Below are positions 54,978 through 64,000 of a DNA stretch of 64,000 nt, piece after piece; the stretch's first letter is position 1; each line of letters opens with the position of its first letter. The notes beneath the pieces are model-generated. The model had not been told where the DNA came from, ran no database searches, and worked only from the letters and a program-made list of their open reading frames with translations. Position numbers and translations under genes: made by a program. Origin of the DNA: an uncultured Magnetococcales bacterium (GTDB lineage: Bacteria; Pseudomonadota; Magnetococcia; Magnetococcales; CAYFNE01); NCBI GenBank assembly GCA_964344355.1, contig CAYFNE010000007.1:7225-71224 (forward strand), given 5' to 3'.

Positions 54978-56414
54978 CTACCGGCCTCTCTTTTTGTCTT
55001 CGGCGCCGATACGACGCATGAGGGTGTGGCGGGAGATGCCGATCAGGGCGGCGGCGGCCCGCTGATTGCCGTCCACACGCCGGAGCGCCTCCTGGATCAA
55101 CAAGCGGGTGGTTTTTTCCACGGTCGGCAGGGGGTCGGGCAGGGTTTGAAACGGGTTGGCATCGGTGTCATCGACAGCGGGGGAAACACTCTCTTCACCG
55201 GTGTTGCTGCGGTGCCGGATGACCTTTTTGAAGGAGTCCGTGGAGAGCACGCCGGCGGTGTGCCGGGCCACGGCATCCGTGACCAAGGCGTGCAGCTCCC
55301 GGATGTTCCCGGGAAAGGCGTAGGATTTGAGCCACTGGAACAGTTCCGGCGGTGGGGTGGGCACCTTTTTGTCGAGGGAGGCGGCCGCCTCTTCGAGGAA
55401 ATATCGAACCAGCAGGGGAATATCCTCCTTGCGCTCGCGCAGGGCCGGCAACCGCACCTGGTGGGAGGAGAGGCGATAGAACAGATCGGGACGGAACGTA
55501 CCGGCATTCATGCGTTCCTCCAGGTCCCGGTGGGTGGCGCAAACCACCCGGGCATCGGTGGTTTGGGAGAGGTCCGAACCCAGGGGATGATATTTTCGTT
55601 CTTGCAGCAAGCGCAGCAATTTGACCTGGGAAGCGTGTTCCAGGTCGCCGATTTCATCGAGAAACAGGGTGCCCCCCTCGGCCTGGGCCACCATTCCCTT
55701 TCGATTTTGATCGGCGCCGGAAAAGGCCCCTTTGCGATGGCCGAACAGGGTATCGGAAAACATGTTGTCGTCGATGCCGGCCACATTGACCGCCACCAGT
55801 TCCCCCTGGCGGCCACTGGCCTTGTGGATGGCCTGTACCAGCAACTCCTTGCCGACGCCGGTTTCGCCGGTCACCAGGATCGGATCCTTGGAATGGGCCA
55901 CGGCTTCGATATATTTGAAAATGGCCCGCATCTCCCCGTTCCGGGTCAAAATGTGCGAAAAGGCCTCGGGGTTTTGCAACCCTTCGGCCAGCAAGGAGCC
56001 TTTCAAAGCCCGGATCTCCCGTTCCATGGCCCGGCGCTCCAACGCCCGTTCGATGCAGGAGAGAAATCGGGTCTCCTCGACCGGTTTCACCAGATAGTCG
56101 AAGGCCCCGTCGTGCATGCACTGGACGGCTGTTTCCACATTGTCGACGGCGGTCATCATGATGACCGGGATATCGGGGAATCTGTTTTTGATTTCCGGCA
56201 ACAGCTTGTGCCCGGGCAGTTCCGGCATCAGGACGTCCAACACCACGACGCCAACCCCACTCTTTTCCAAAAAGGGCAGCAACTCCCGCCCCCTTTGAAA
56301 GGTTTTGACCGGACCGAAACCGTGGGTACGCAACAGCACCCGCGAGGTCATCAAAATATCGGCTTCATCATCGACCAGGACGATCGGCAGCTGGTTGGCA
56401 TCGTTGTGTGACAT
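54978..56414 (-). CDS. Sigma-54-dependent response regulator (NtrC family)
   Basis: ORF track extends to 56618. Start set to ATG 56414 ([21 protein letters not shown]). AAA+ Walker [15 protein letters not shown] (GAFTGA-type sigma-54 contact loop). C-terminal [20 protein letters not shown]. Confidence 0.92.
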   Translation of the reverse strand: MSHNDANQLPIVLVDDEADILMTSRVLLRTHGFGPVKTFQRGRELLPFLEKSGVGVVVLDVLMPELPGHKLLPEIKNRFPDIPVIMMTAVDNVETAVQCMHDGAFDYLVKPVEETRFLSCIERALERRAMEREIRALKGSLLAEGLQNPEAFSHILTRNGEMRAIFKYIEAVAHSKDPILVTGETGVGKELLVQAIHKASGRQGELVAVNVAGIDDNMFSDTLFGHRKGAFSGADQNRKGMVAQAEGGTLFLDEIGDLEHASQVKLLRLLQERKYHPLGSDLSQTTDARVVCATHRDLEERMNAGTFRPDLFYRLSSHQVRLPALRERKEDIPLLVRYFLEEAAASLDKKVPTPPPELFQWLKSYAFPGNIRELHALVTDAVARHTAGVLSTDSFKKVIRHRSNTGEESVSPAVDDTDANPFQTLPDPLPTVEKTTRLLIQEALRRVDGNQRAAAALIGISRHTLMRRIGAEDKKRGR

Positions 56415-56451
56415 GATTGATCCCGTGTTGGCGTTGTCACCGGACCGGCCG

Positions 56452-58566
56452 TCATCGACCGACGGTGGGGCTGATTCCTTTCGTCGGTTCCACCTCGTGG
56501 CCCAGGGGCAGGATGACCTCGACCGTGGTGCCGCGCCCCTCCAGGGAGTCCAACCGCATGCGGCCGCCATGCTCCTTGATGATGGTATTGGTGATCGACA
56601 GTCCCAATCCGACCCCATCGCTGTTTTGGCGGGTGGTGAAAAAGGGGCGTTTCACCTTGTTGAGATTTTCCCTTGGAATACCGACCCCTTCATCCCGCAC
56701 CACCACGCGGATGGTTTCGTTGGGTCCATCGATTTCGCAGGTGACGGAAACGCCCTTTTTCCGGTTGGCGAGGGATTGCAGGGCGTTGTGGAACAGATTG
56801 ATCCAGACCTGCTCGATCTGTTGCGGGTTTCCGGAGATGAAGAGGGGTGGGCCGCTGAAGTCGGGCAGGTCGAAATGGTCGGTATGGCGGACGATCTCGT
56901 TTTGCAGGATGGCGACGGCGGACTGCAGGGATTCAAAAATGTTGACCGGCTGGTCCAGCCGTTCTTCATCCTTGCGCCCGGAACGTTTGATGTGGGCGAC
57001 GATGTTTTTGATGCGGTCGGAGTTGTTGCGGATGATGGCCAGCAGGTCCCGGGTGGTCTCATCGGCCTCATCGAGTGGCATGCCGGCCAGGGCAAGGGGG
57101 CCGTTCTGCCGCTGGCTCTCTTCCAGGACCGGCTGAACATCTTCCCAGATGCGTATCAAAGAGGAGGCGGCGAATCGCAAACTGTTGTTCGGGTTGTTGA
57201 TTTCATGGGCGACACTGGCGGCCAGCACGCCGATGGAGGCCAGACGCGAGGTGTGGATGGCCTGCATCCGCAAGGAACGTTTTTCGGTGATGTCGGTGGC
57301 GATGACCAGGGCCTGGGGGCTGTCCCCTTCCCGGGGTTGCAGGGGGGCGAGACGAAACTCCCACCAGGATTCGTCGTCTCCGGTGCTGATGAACCCCTCC
57401 ACGTCACCCTTTTCGAACACCTGTTCCAGTTGAGTTCGATAACGGTTGTGCAGCGCCTTCGGGAAAAGGGTTAAAAAAGAGTCACCCGGCTGGATGTTGG
57501 CGAAAGGGGCCGGGGCGGTGCGATTGAGGAACACGATTTTGCCGGTGCGATCCAGGACCATGAGATGATCGGGGGTGTTTTCGAACAGGTTGCGCAGTTT
57601 TTCCTCGGAAGCCCGCAACGCCTGCTCGGCGGCCTTTCGGGCGGAAATGTCCCGGACCGTGCCCATGAACAGTTTTTTGTTCGCCAGCGGCACCTCCGAA
57701 ACCGACAGCTCCAGGGGAACCGCTGAACCATCCTTGCGAACGCCGGTGGTTTCGATGGTTCGTCCCAAAAAGTTCGGCGTGTCCGGTTTCAGGAGTTGTT
57801 CGAAAGGATTTTCCGGGTCGGTCGGCGATGAGGGGCGGGGCATCAACCGCCACGCTTCGGTGCCGATCAACTCGTCGGGGGCATAGGCGAAAATTTTTTC
57901 CAGCCCCGGGTTGACCGACTCTATTCGTCCGGAGGTATTGATGGTGATGATGCCATCGACGGCCATTTCAAAAATGGCCTTGAGTTGGGAGTTGCTGGCG
58001 ATGAGCTGTTTTTCCGCCTGTTTACGTTCATTCACCTCCTGCTGGAGGGAGCGGTTCAGGGTTTTCAACTCGCCCGAGCGCATCTCCACCAGCTCTTCCA
58101 GATGGCTGGTGAAATGGTGCAACTCCAGGCGCTGACGGCGCAGCATGATCTGGGTGTTGACCCGGGCCCGTACCACATAGGGCTTGGCCGGTTTGGTGAT
58201 GAAATCGACCGCCCCCATTTCCAGGGCCCGCGCTTCATCCACCGGCCGGCCGCTGGCGGTCAAAAAGATGATCGGTATGTCGCAGGCCAATTGCGTTCGT
58301 TTCAAACGGCCGCATACTTCGAAACCATCCATCCCCGGCATCATGATGTCCAGCAGGATCAGGTCCGGCGGTTGCGATGCGGCCAGATCGAGCGCATCGG
58401 GGCCATTGGTGGCGATGACGAGATCGTAGTCGTCGCCGAGGATGTTTCCCAGGACTTCGATGTTTCCCGGCAGATCATCGACGATCAAAATGCGCGCCCG
58501 TTCACCGTTGTCCGATTCCGGCCATTCCGACAGCCGTTTTGAAAACAGTCGTTCCAGGGAGGACAT
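56452..58566 (-). CDS. REC-PAS-PAS-HisKA-HATPase sensor histidine kinase (soluble)
   Basis: ORF track extends to 58635. Start set to ATG 58566 (MSSLERLF...). REC ILIVDDLP...DIMMPGMDG. H-box VAHEINNPNN. HATPase motifs DEGVGI and GVGLGLS. Confidence 0.88.
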   Translation of the reverse strand: MSSLERLFSKRLSEWPESDNGERARILIVDDLPGNIEVLGNILGDDYDLVIATNGPDALDLAASQPPDLILLDIMMPGMDGFEVCGRLKRTQLACDIPIIFLTASGRPVDEARALEMGAVDFITKPAKPYVVRARVNTQIMLRRQRLELHHFTSHLEELVEMRSGELKTLNRSLQQEVNERKQAEKQLIASNSQLKAIFEMAVDGIITINTSGRIESVNPGLEKIFAYAPDELIGTEAWRLMPRPSSPTDPENPFEQLLKPDTPNFLGRTIETTGVRKDGSAVPLELSVSEVPLANKKLFMGTVRDISARKAAEQALRASEEKLRNLFENTPDHLMVLDRTGKIVFLNRTAPAPFANIQPGDSFLTLFPKALHNRYRTQLEQVFEKGDVEGFISTGDDESWWEFRLAPLQPREGDSPQALVIATDITEKRSLRMQAIHTSRLASIGVLAASVAHEINNPNNSLRFAASSLIRIWEDVQPVLEESQRQNGPLALAGMPLDEADETTRDLLAIIRNNSDRIKNIVAHIKRSGRKDEERLDQPVNIFESLQSAVAILQNEIVRHTDHFDLPDFSGPPLFISGNPQQIEQVWINLFHNALQSLANRKKGVSVTCEIDGPNETIRVVVRDEGVGIPRENLNKVKRPFFTTRQNSDGVGLGLSITNTIIKEHGGRMRLDSLEGRGTTVEVILPLGHEVEPTKGISPTVGR

Positions 58567-58604
58567 GGTCAACAAGGGCTCCGGTTCGGGTGGGAAGGGG
58601 GGGG

Positions 58605-59528
58605 TCACAGTTGGATTCCCATGGTTTGATCGCACCCTTTTCCCCGCGCCTCGTCCAACATTCTGTGGGCGGATTTGATGATGGTCCGGACTTTGTTTTT
58701 CAGGCTGGGGATGATGGAAGCGAAACCGATGCTGATGGTGACGTGACCGTTGGCTTCCGAGTTGGGGAAAGGTATGTTCAGATAGTTGACGCAGGTGGAT
58801 AATTTGTCCGCCATGATACCGGCCTGCTCAAAATTCAACTGGGGCAGGATGGCGATGAATTCATCATCCGCATATCGGGCCAGGAGGTCGGTGGGGCGGC
58901 GCAGATGGGCGCCGACGGCCATGGCGACCCGTTTCAAACAGTCGTCTCCCGCCACCCGGCCACAGTGATCGTTGTAGGCCCTGAACCGGTCGACATCCAA
59001 CACGATCAGGGTGAGCCAGGAGTCCTCCCGCCGGCTTCGTCGCCACTCCCGGTCGAGAAACTCCTCGAAATAAATTCGATTGTAGGCACTCGTCAATGGA
59101 TCGGTGCGGACCATTTTTTCGAGGGCATGGCGCTGACGCCTGTTTTCCAGATGCATTCGGACCCTGACCTTGAGTATGGCCGGCCGGAAAGGGCGGGTGA
59201 TATAATCGACCGCTCCCATCTCCAATCCTTTCCTTTCATCGATTTCACTGTCGCGGATGGTGACGAAAATGATCGGGATTTCGCGGGTTTTGGTGTTGGA
59301 TTGCAGACGGCGGCAGGTTTCGTAACCATCCATTCCCGGCATGCTGATGTCCAACAGGATGAGCTCCGGCTGGTGTCTTTGTGCCGTGTCCAGCGCATCG
59401 AGACCATTGGTGGCCACCACCAGCTCGTACTCGTCGCCCAATATCGAAGCCAACAGATCGATGTTGGAGAGCACATCATCGACCAGAAGGATCCGTGGTG
59501 TGGATTTTTCAATCATCATCCGTGTCAT
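58605..59528 (-). CDS. REC-GGDEF response regulator with degenerate active site (ADDEF) and retained RxxD I-site
   Basis: REC RILLVDDVL...LDISMPGMDG. GGDEF domain reads LRRPTDLLARYADDEFIAIL. ATGA overlap with the upstream kinase (59525-59528). Confidence 0.88.
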   Translation of the reverse strand: MTRMMIEKSTPRILLVDDVLSNIDLLASILGDEYELVVATNGLDALDTAQRHQPELILLDISMPGMDGYETCRRLQSNTKTREIPIIFVTIRDSEIDERKGLEMGAVDYITRPFRPAILKVRVRMHLENRRQRHALEKMVRTDPLTSAYNRIYFEEFLDREWRRSRREDSWLTLIVLDVDRFRAYNDHCGRVAGDDCLKRVAMAVGAHLRRPTDLLARYADDEFIAILPQLNFEQAGIMADKLSTCVNYLNIPFPNSEANGHVTISIGFASIIPSLKNKVRTIIKSAHRMLDEARGKGCDQTMGIQL

Positions 59529-62500
59529 CCCCGTGATACGCCAAAAACAGTGGCCAAAGTTTTCAAATGAATTTTTGCGTTGCGAAAATCGTAGCGTCCC
59601 AGGCAGCTTTCCAGTCGTTCGGTGGTTTCCCGTATTTCAGGGTTGGTCAGCAGCGGGGAAATTCGCGCGAAGACCATTTTTGATTTATAGTTTTGACGCT
59701 CCACCAGTTCGGTCAGTTCCTGGATGGCTGCCTTGATGTCCGTGGTGCCGATTTTTCCCCGGTCCGTCTCATCATCTTCGGGGATGGTGGTTCGTTTTTT
59801 GATCTGCAAACCATCAATCGTCTTCACGGTTTCCTGAAGGGTCTTTTCGAATTCCGTTATCAGAGCGGGAAAGTCGTCCGTCTCCTTCTCTTCGAGGGCC
59901 TCTTCGAGACGGGCGGCGCTGTCGCGCAGCCGAACGGCGGAGACGGCGGCGGCAACCCCTTTTATGGTATGCACCAGATGGTGGGCCCCTTTCAATCCGT
60001 TCGGGTCACGGTTTTGCATGATCTTACGGATTTTCCGGGCGCCATCGGCATAATCCCGTCTCAACTCCAGGAGGAGATTTTTCAGCAGCCACACCTTCCC
60101 GCCCAATCGTTCCAGGGCTTCGGCGATCTGAAAACCGGGCAGGTCCAGCGGCAACTCCGAAGGGGGTGACGGACCGGCTGGTTTGACGGCCGATGTCGTG
60201 GGCGGGGGAATGGCTTTTTGTTTTCTCTCGGGCAGCCACTGGGCCAATACTTCATAGAGGGTCTGTCTCCGGACCGGTTTGGAGATGTGGTCGTTCATCC
60301 CCACATCCAGGCACCGTTGCCGATATCCCTCGACGGCGTGAGCGGTCATGGCGATGATCGGCAGTTTCTGGAACCGGTTGTCCGAGCGGATGCGGCGGGT
60401 GGTTTCGAATCCACCCATTCCCGGCATCTGGATATCCATCAGGACCAGATCAAAGGTGCTCCGTTCCAGAATGGTCAGGGCCTCTTCCCCGTTGTTGGCG
60501 GTCTCGACCCAGATGCCCACGTCCTGGATGATCTCTGTTGCCACCACCTGATTGATCATGTTGTCCTCGACCAGCAGGATGCGCGCTCCACCCACCTCGC
60601 GGGTGATTTTTTCATAATCGATGAAAACCTTGGACGGTTGATAAATGGGGGCGATGGTCTTGTCGAACACTTCGACGATCGAGTCAAAAATTTGGGAAAT
60701 GGTGGCCGGCTTTGAAACGAAACCATCCACCCCGGCCTCCCGGGCACGGGATTTGATGCCTTCCTCCAGTCCAAAGGGGATCAATTGAATGATTTTCGGG
60801 GGGTCATGCTTGGTGGAATGTTTGTTGAGGGCATCCTTGATCAGCAGGGCCGTCTCCTCGCCATCCATGCCCGGCATCAACCAATCCACCAGCACCAGCT
60901 GGAAGGGGCGTTCCTTTTCCAGGGATTGACGATAGGTCAACAGGGCCCGTTCACCGGAGTTGACCCCCTGGACATCCAGATTGAGCACCCGCATCAGGTC
61001 CTGGAAGGCGGTCAGGTTGGCGGTGTTGTCGTCCACCACCAGGGTGCGTATCCGTTGCAGGTCGTCGGGGAGCATCAGGTCTCTCTTCTCCCGTTCCATT
61101 CGTCGAATGAACGGAATGGTGAATGAAAAGGTGCTGCCTGAGTTCGGCCTGCTCTCCACCCGGATTGAGCCGCCCATCATTTCCACCAGCCGTTTGGAGA
61201 TGACCAGTCCCAACCCCGTGCCCTGGTTGTCCTGGGTGTCCATCTCCAGTCGATCGAAAGGTTGGAACAGTCGTTCCATCTTTTCCGGGGCGATGCCGAT
61301 GCCGGTATCGCGGACCCGGATATTCAGTTCGACCCGCTCCTCGGTCATGTTCGTTGGATGCACCCCCAGCTCGATCTCGCCGGCGGAGGTGAACTTGATG
61401 GCATTGCCGATCAGGTTCATCAGGATCTGCTCGAAACGAAAACTGTCGCCGGTCACCGTCAGGTTGTGGGCTTCCGCGATGTGGAGGATGAATTCGATGT
61501 TTTTTTCCACCAGCTTCGGCCGGAACAACTCCACCATGTTGTCCAGGACGTCGCGGAGATGAAATTCAATTTTCGTCAGTTCCAACCGGTCCGCTTCAAT
61601 TTTCGACAGGTCCAGAATGTCATTGATGATGCGCAAAAGGGTATTGGAGGCGCTGACCACTTTCGTCAGATGGTCCCGGGCCTTGGCCGGCAGGTCGGTG
61701 CGCAGGGCCATGTCGGTCAACCCCATGATGGCGTTGAGCGGCGTGCGGATCTCATGACTCATCCTGGCCAGGAACTGGCTCTTGGTGCGGTTGGCGGTTT
61801 CGGCGGCCACCTTGTCCCGTTGCCAGCTTTCGATCTGGCTGCGTTCAATCAATGTCGCCAGGGTGTTGGCGATGGCGAGGAGAAACTCCTCGTGGACGGG
61901 ATCGTGTTGATAGTCGGTTTTTATGTAGAGGCTCAACACCCCCAGCAACTGCTCTCCGGAACGGATCGGGACACAGTAGTGGCCATGGGGCGGGGTGTTG
62001 TCATGCCGGACCACATGTTGCGGGTCCTTGTCGAAAGCCAAAATCACCTTGTTGCTCAAGGCCGCCTGGCCACAGAGGCAGTAGCCGAAAGGGATGTCCG
62101 CGCAGGGGGCGGTCCAGGACTCCTCGCTGCCGGTCCAGGCGACACAGGTCAGTTTTTTGGCCGTATTGTCGGCCAGGAAAATGCTGCCGAAATCCTTCAG
62201 GAACCCCCAGGGTATCGAAATGATCAATTTCAGGGATTCATTGAGCTGTTCTTCAAGGGGTTTGGCTTCCAGGGCGATGCCCAGCAAACGGATGATGATA
62301 TTTTGCGTTTGCAGGGTTTGTCCCTCTTTTTCCTGGGCCCGCCTCCGGTCTTCGATCTCCTTCTCCAACAGTTTGGTTTTGATGTAGATCCGTCGTTCCA
62401 GGTCGGTATCGATCTTGGCCAACCGCTCTTCCACGAGAATTTGTTCCGAGGCATCCACACAACTGCCCGAGTAACCCAAAAATTCCCAGTCGCGATTGAA

Positions 62501-63589
62501 GAAGGGCACGCCGGTTTCGTGCATCCAACGATAGGAGCCGTCCCGGGCCTGCAGCCGGTATTTGCAGGAGTACCGTTCCCGCTCGCTGAAAGCCTTGGCG
62601 ATCTCCGCTTCGAGTTTTTCCAGGTCGCCGGGGTGAATGCTCGTTTTCCAGCCGCCGTCCATTTCACTTTCCATGACGTTGCCGGTGTAATCCAACCAAC
62701 ATTTATTGAAAAAATATCGATTGGCATTGGCATCGCAGAGCCAGATCAGGTTTGGGATCGAATCGGCGTGTATTCGGAACCGGCTGGTCTGATCGGTGGC
62801 CGTCAACTCCCACTTGACCGGGTTGACGAAGGTGAAGGTGGTTACGGAGGCCCGGCCCATGATGTTGGTGGTGGTGGAGATGCAGCACTGGGTGTAAATT
62901 TTTTTCCCCTGGGCGTTGATCAGGTAGAATTCATAGATCCGTTTGTCTTTTCTGGGGATCCAGTCCAGGGCGCTTTTCAGGGGTTTGTGGTCCTCCTCGG
63001 AGACCAGATCAAAGGGTATTTTGCCGATCAAACTCCGACGCGGGGTACCCAGGACCCCACAGATGATATCATTGGCGTCGAAAATTTGATGGTTGTTGGA
63101 ATCCATCAACACATAGCCCTGTTTTTCGGCGTGGAGTATATCGGCGCAGGTTTCAAACTTTTCCGACTGTCTGCGTCTTCTGACGAAGGAGGAGGCGTGG
63201 TAGCGCAGGCGGGCGACCATCTCCACCTTGTCCGGAAGTTTGATCAGGTAGTTGCTGGCGCCATAGGCGAACCCTTCAGCCCGGGTGAAGGGGTCCTCCT
63301 CCGTGGTCAGGATGATAATGGGCAGGGCTTCCGTCAGACGGCTGTTGCGGAACATCTGCAACAGGACCATGCCATCGATATGGGGCATGTTCAGGTCCAG
63401 CAGGATGACGACGGGGCGAACCTTCAACACCGCCTGCATGGCGTTTTCCGGTTGCTGACAGTAGTGAAGCTCCAGGTCAGGGGCGTCACGAAGAATTCTT
63501 CGGATCAACTTTTCGGTCAGAGGTTGATCATCGATGAGCAGGATTCGATAGACCTCGGGAGTTTGATTGTCCATACCAAGTTTTCCCAA
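59525..63589 (-). CDS. Large hybrid histidine kinase: REC-PAS-GAF-HisKA-HATPase-REC-REC-HPt (1354 aa)
   Basis: REC RILLIDDQP...LDLNMPHIDG. H-box [14 protein letters not shown]. HATPase motifs DTGIGI and GTGLGL. Two further REC domains (TLVVDDN...DWLMPGMDG; ILLVEDN...DIQMPGMGG). HPt HLVHTIKGVAAAV. Confidence 0.9.
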   Translation of the reverse strand: MGKLGMDNQTPEVYRILLIDDQPLTEKLIRRILRDAPDLELHYCQQPENAMQAVLKVRPVVILLDLNMPHIDGMVLLQMFRNSRLTEALPIIILTTEEDPFTRAEGFAYGASNYLIKLPDKVEMVARLRYHASSFVRRRRQSEKFETCADILHAEKQGYVLMDSNNHQIFDANDIICGVLGTPRRSLIGKIPFDLVSEEDHKPLKSALDWIPRKDKRIYEFYLINAQGKKIYTQCCISTTTNIMGRASVTTFTFVNPVKWELTATDQTSRFRIHADSIPNLIWLCDANANRYFFNKCWLDYTGNVMESEMDGGWKTSIHPGDLEKLEAEIAKAFSERERYSCKYRLQARDGSYRWMHETGVPFFNRDWEFLGYSGSCVDASEQILVEERLAKIDTDLERRIYIKTKLLEKEIEDRRRAQEKEGQTLQTQNIIIRLLGIALEAKPLEEQLNESLKLIISIPWGFLKDFGSIFLADNTAKKLTCVAWTGSEESWTAPCADIPFGYCLCGQAALSNKVILAFDKDPQHVVRHDNTPPHGHYCVPIRSGEQLLGVLSLYIKTDYQHDPVHEEFLLAIANTLATLIERSQIESWQRDKVAAETANRTKSQFLARMSHEIRTPLNAIMGLTDMALRTDLPAKARDHLTKVVSASNTLLRIINDILDLSKIEADRLELTKIEFHLRDVLDNMVELFRPKLVEKNIEFILHIAEAHNLTVTGDSFRFEQILMNLIGNAIKFTSAGEIELGVHPTNMTEERVELNIRVRDTGIGIAPEKMERLFQPFDRLEMDTQDNQGTGLGLVISKRLVEMMGGSIRVESRPNSGSTFSFTIPFIRRMEREKRDLMLPDDLQRIRTLVVDDNTANLTAFQDLMRVLNLDVQGVNSGERALLTYRQSLEKERPFQLVLVDWLMPGMDGEETALLIKDALNKHSTKHDPPKIIQLIPFGLEEGIKSRAREAGVDGFVSKPATISQIFDSIVEVFDKTIAPIYQPSKVFIDYEKITREVGGARILLVEDNMINQVVATEIIQDVGIWVETANNGEEALTILERSTFDLVLMDIQMPGMGGFETTRRIRSDNRFQKLPIIAMTAHAVEGYRQRCLDVGMNDHISKPVRRQTLYEVLAQWLPERKQKAIPPPTTSAVKPAGPSPPSELPLDLPGFQIAEALERLGGKVWLLKNLLLELRRDYADGARKIRKIMQNRDPNGLKGAHHLVHTIKGVAAAVSAVRLRDSAARLEEALEEKETDDFPALITEFEKTLQETVKTIDGLQIKKRTTIPEDDETDRGKIGTTDIKAAIQELTELVERQNYKSKMVFARISPLLTNPEIRETTERLESCLGRYDFRNAKIHLKTLATVFGVSRG

Positions 63590-64000
63590 TCATTTATGGC
63601 TGGGCGGCATGTGGTCGACACCGGTTGAAATGGATGGAGCTTGACATTTTTTGTCGGTTCGATACCAGTATTTCCACGTATCCTGTTGTTCGGCCATTTC
63701 ATCTGCTGCTAATAAAATAATGTATCATTCCTATTGAAGGGGGGCTTGAATTTCCCAGTGAAGAACTGACGGAAAAAAAGATATTCTGCCAAAGTGTTTT
63801 TTTCTTTGCCAAGTATCCAAATCGGGGAGCCGGCATGATTTGACCGTGGCTGAAGAGAAATGAACGGGTGTGGAAAAAACAGGGATCAACGAATTTCGAA
63901 TAATTTGTCAAACTGCATGATATTCAAAACCTTTTTGACTGGATCATTGCTGTTGGAAAGGACCACTCTTGCGCCAATTTTCGTGGCCCATGCCCGCAGA

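Noticed and set aside
61262-63628. 788-aa plus-strand ORF, plus similar ones at 27192..29153, 38398..40431, 40528..42660, 43426..44880, 48133..49848, 51124..53076 and 54939..56411
   Set aside because: All are mirror-frame ORFs opposite genes with strong domain signatures (kinase, dikinase, RecQ, GltB, regulators, the 1129-aa ORF). None has a motif of its own.
63590-64000. AT-rich 3' end of the window with a 70-aa minus-strand ORF (63699..63911)
   Set aside because: The ORF is Phe/Ser/Ile-rich, as expected from AT-rich non-coding DNA, and has no SD or motif. The region is most simply the promoter/upstream region of the 1354-aa kinase gene.

Overview
Densely coding, GC-rich bacterial chromosomal window with proteobacterium-like gene content; the taxon cannot be determined from the sequence alone. 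Left to right: (i) the 3' part of an MSHA/type-IV-pilus-like operon, with a GspF-family platform protein and five translationally coupled prepilin-type genes (51-3635). (ii) Housekeeping genes clpA-clpS, recN and an ArsR-rhodanese regulator (3.8-9.1 kb). (iii) An isolated Cse2/CasB-like gene with no other cas genes or CRISPR array (9.6-10.2 kb). (iv) A ~25-kb island (10.4-35.3 kb) made only of soluble tailoring enzymes. It holds three TPR-enzyme fusions, three sulfotransferase domains plus an APS kinase, three radical-SAM enzymes, a DegT aminotransferase, methyltransferases, a WbuC cupin, a PEP-synthase-like dikinase, an amidotransferase, an acyl-AMP ligase and a hydrolase. Sigma-54-type promoter elements sit at the heads of three of its transcription units. 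This is my best candidate for an undescribed system (protein-directed sulfo-glycosylation). (v) Small accessory genes (35.4-38.2 kb), including a PHPT1/Janus-like putative phosphohistidine phosphatase, a TPMT-family methyltransferase and an Rpn-family nuclease with a likely intragenic C-terminal small ORF. (vi) A recQ-family helicase and gltB (38.4-44.8 kb). (vii) A 19-kb minus-strand signalling block (45-63.6 kb). It has three soluble REC-first histidine kinases, an NtrC-type sigma-54 activator, a NarL/LuxR regulator and two REC-GGDEF proteins (one with a degenerate ADDEF site). It also has a DnaJ/CbpA-like gene coupled to a small ORF and to an unassignable 1129-aa membrane/coiled-coil protein. 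I recognised no rRNA, tRNA, CRISPR array or transposase. Many long ORFs in the supplied track are antisense shadows of real genes. All family calls are by-eye motif recognition and no searches were run.
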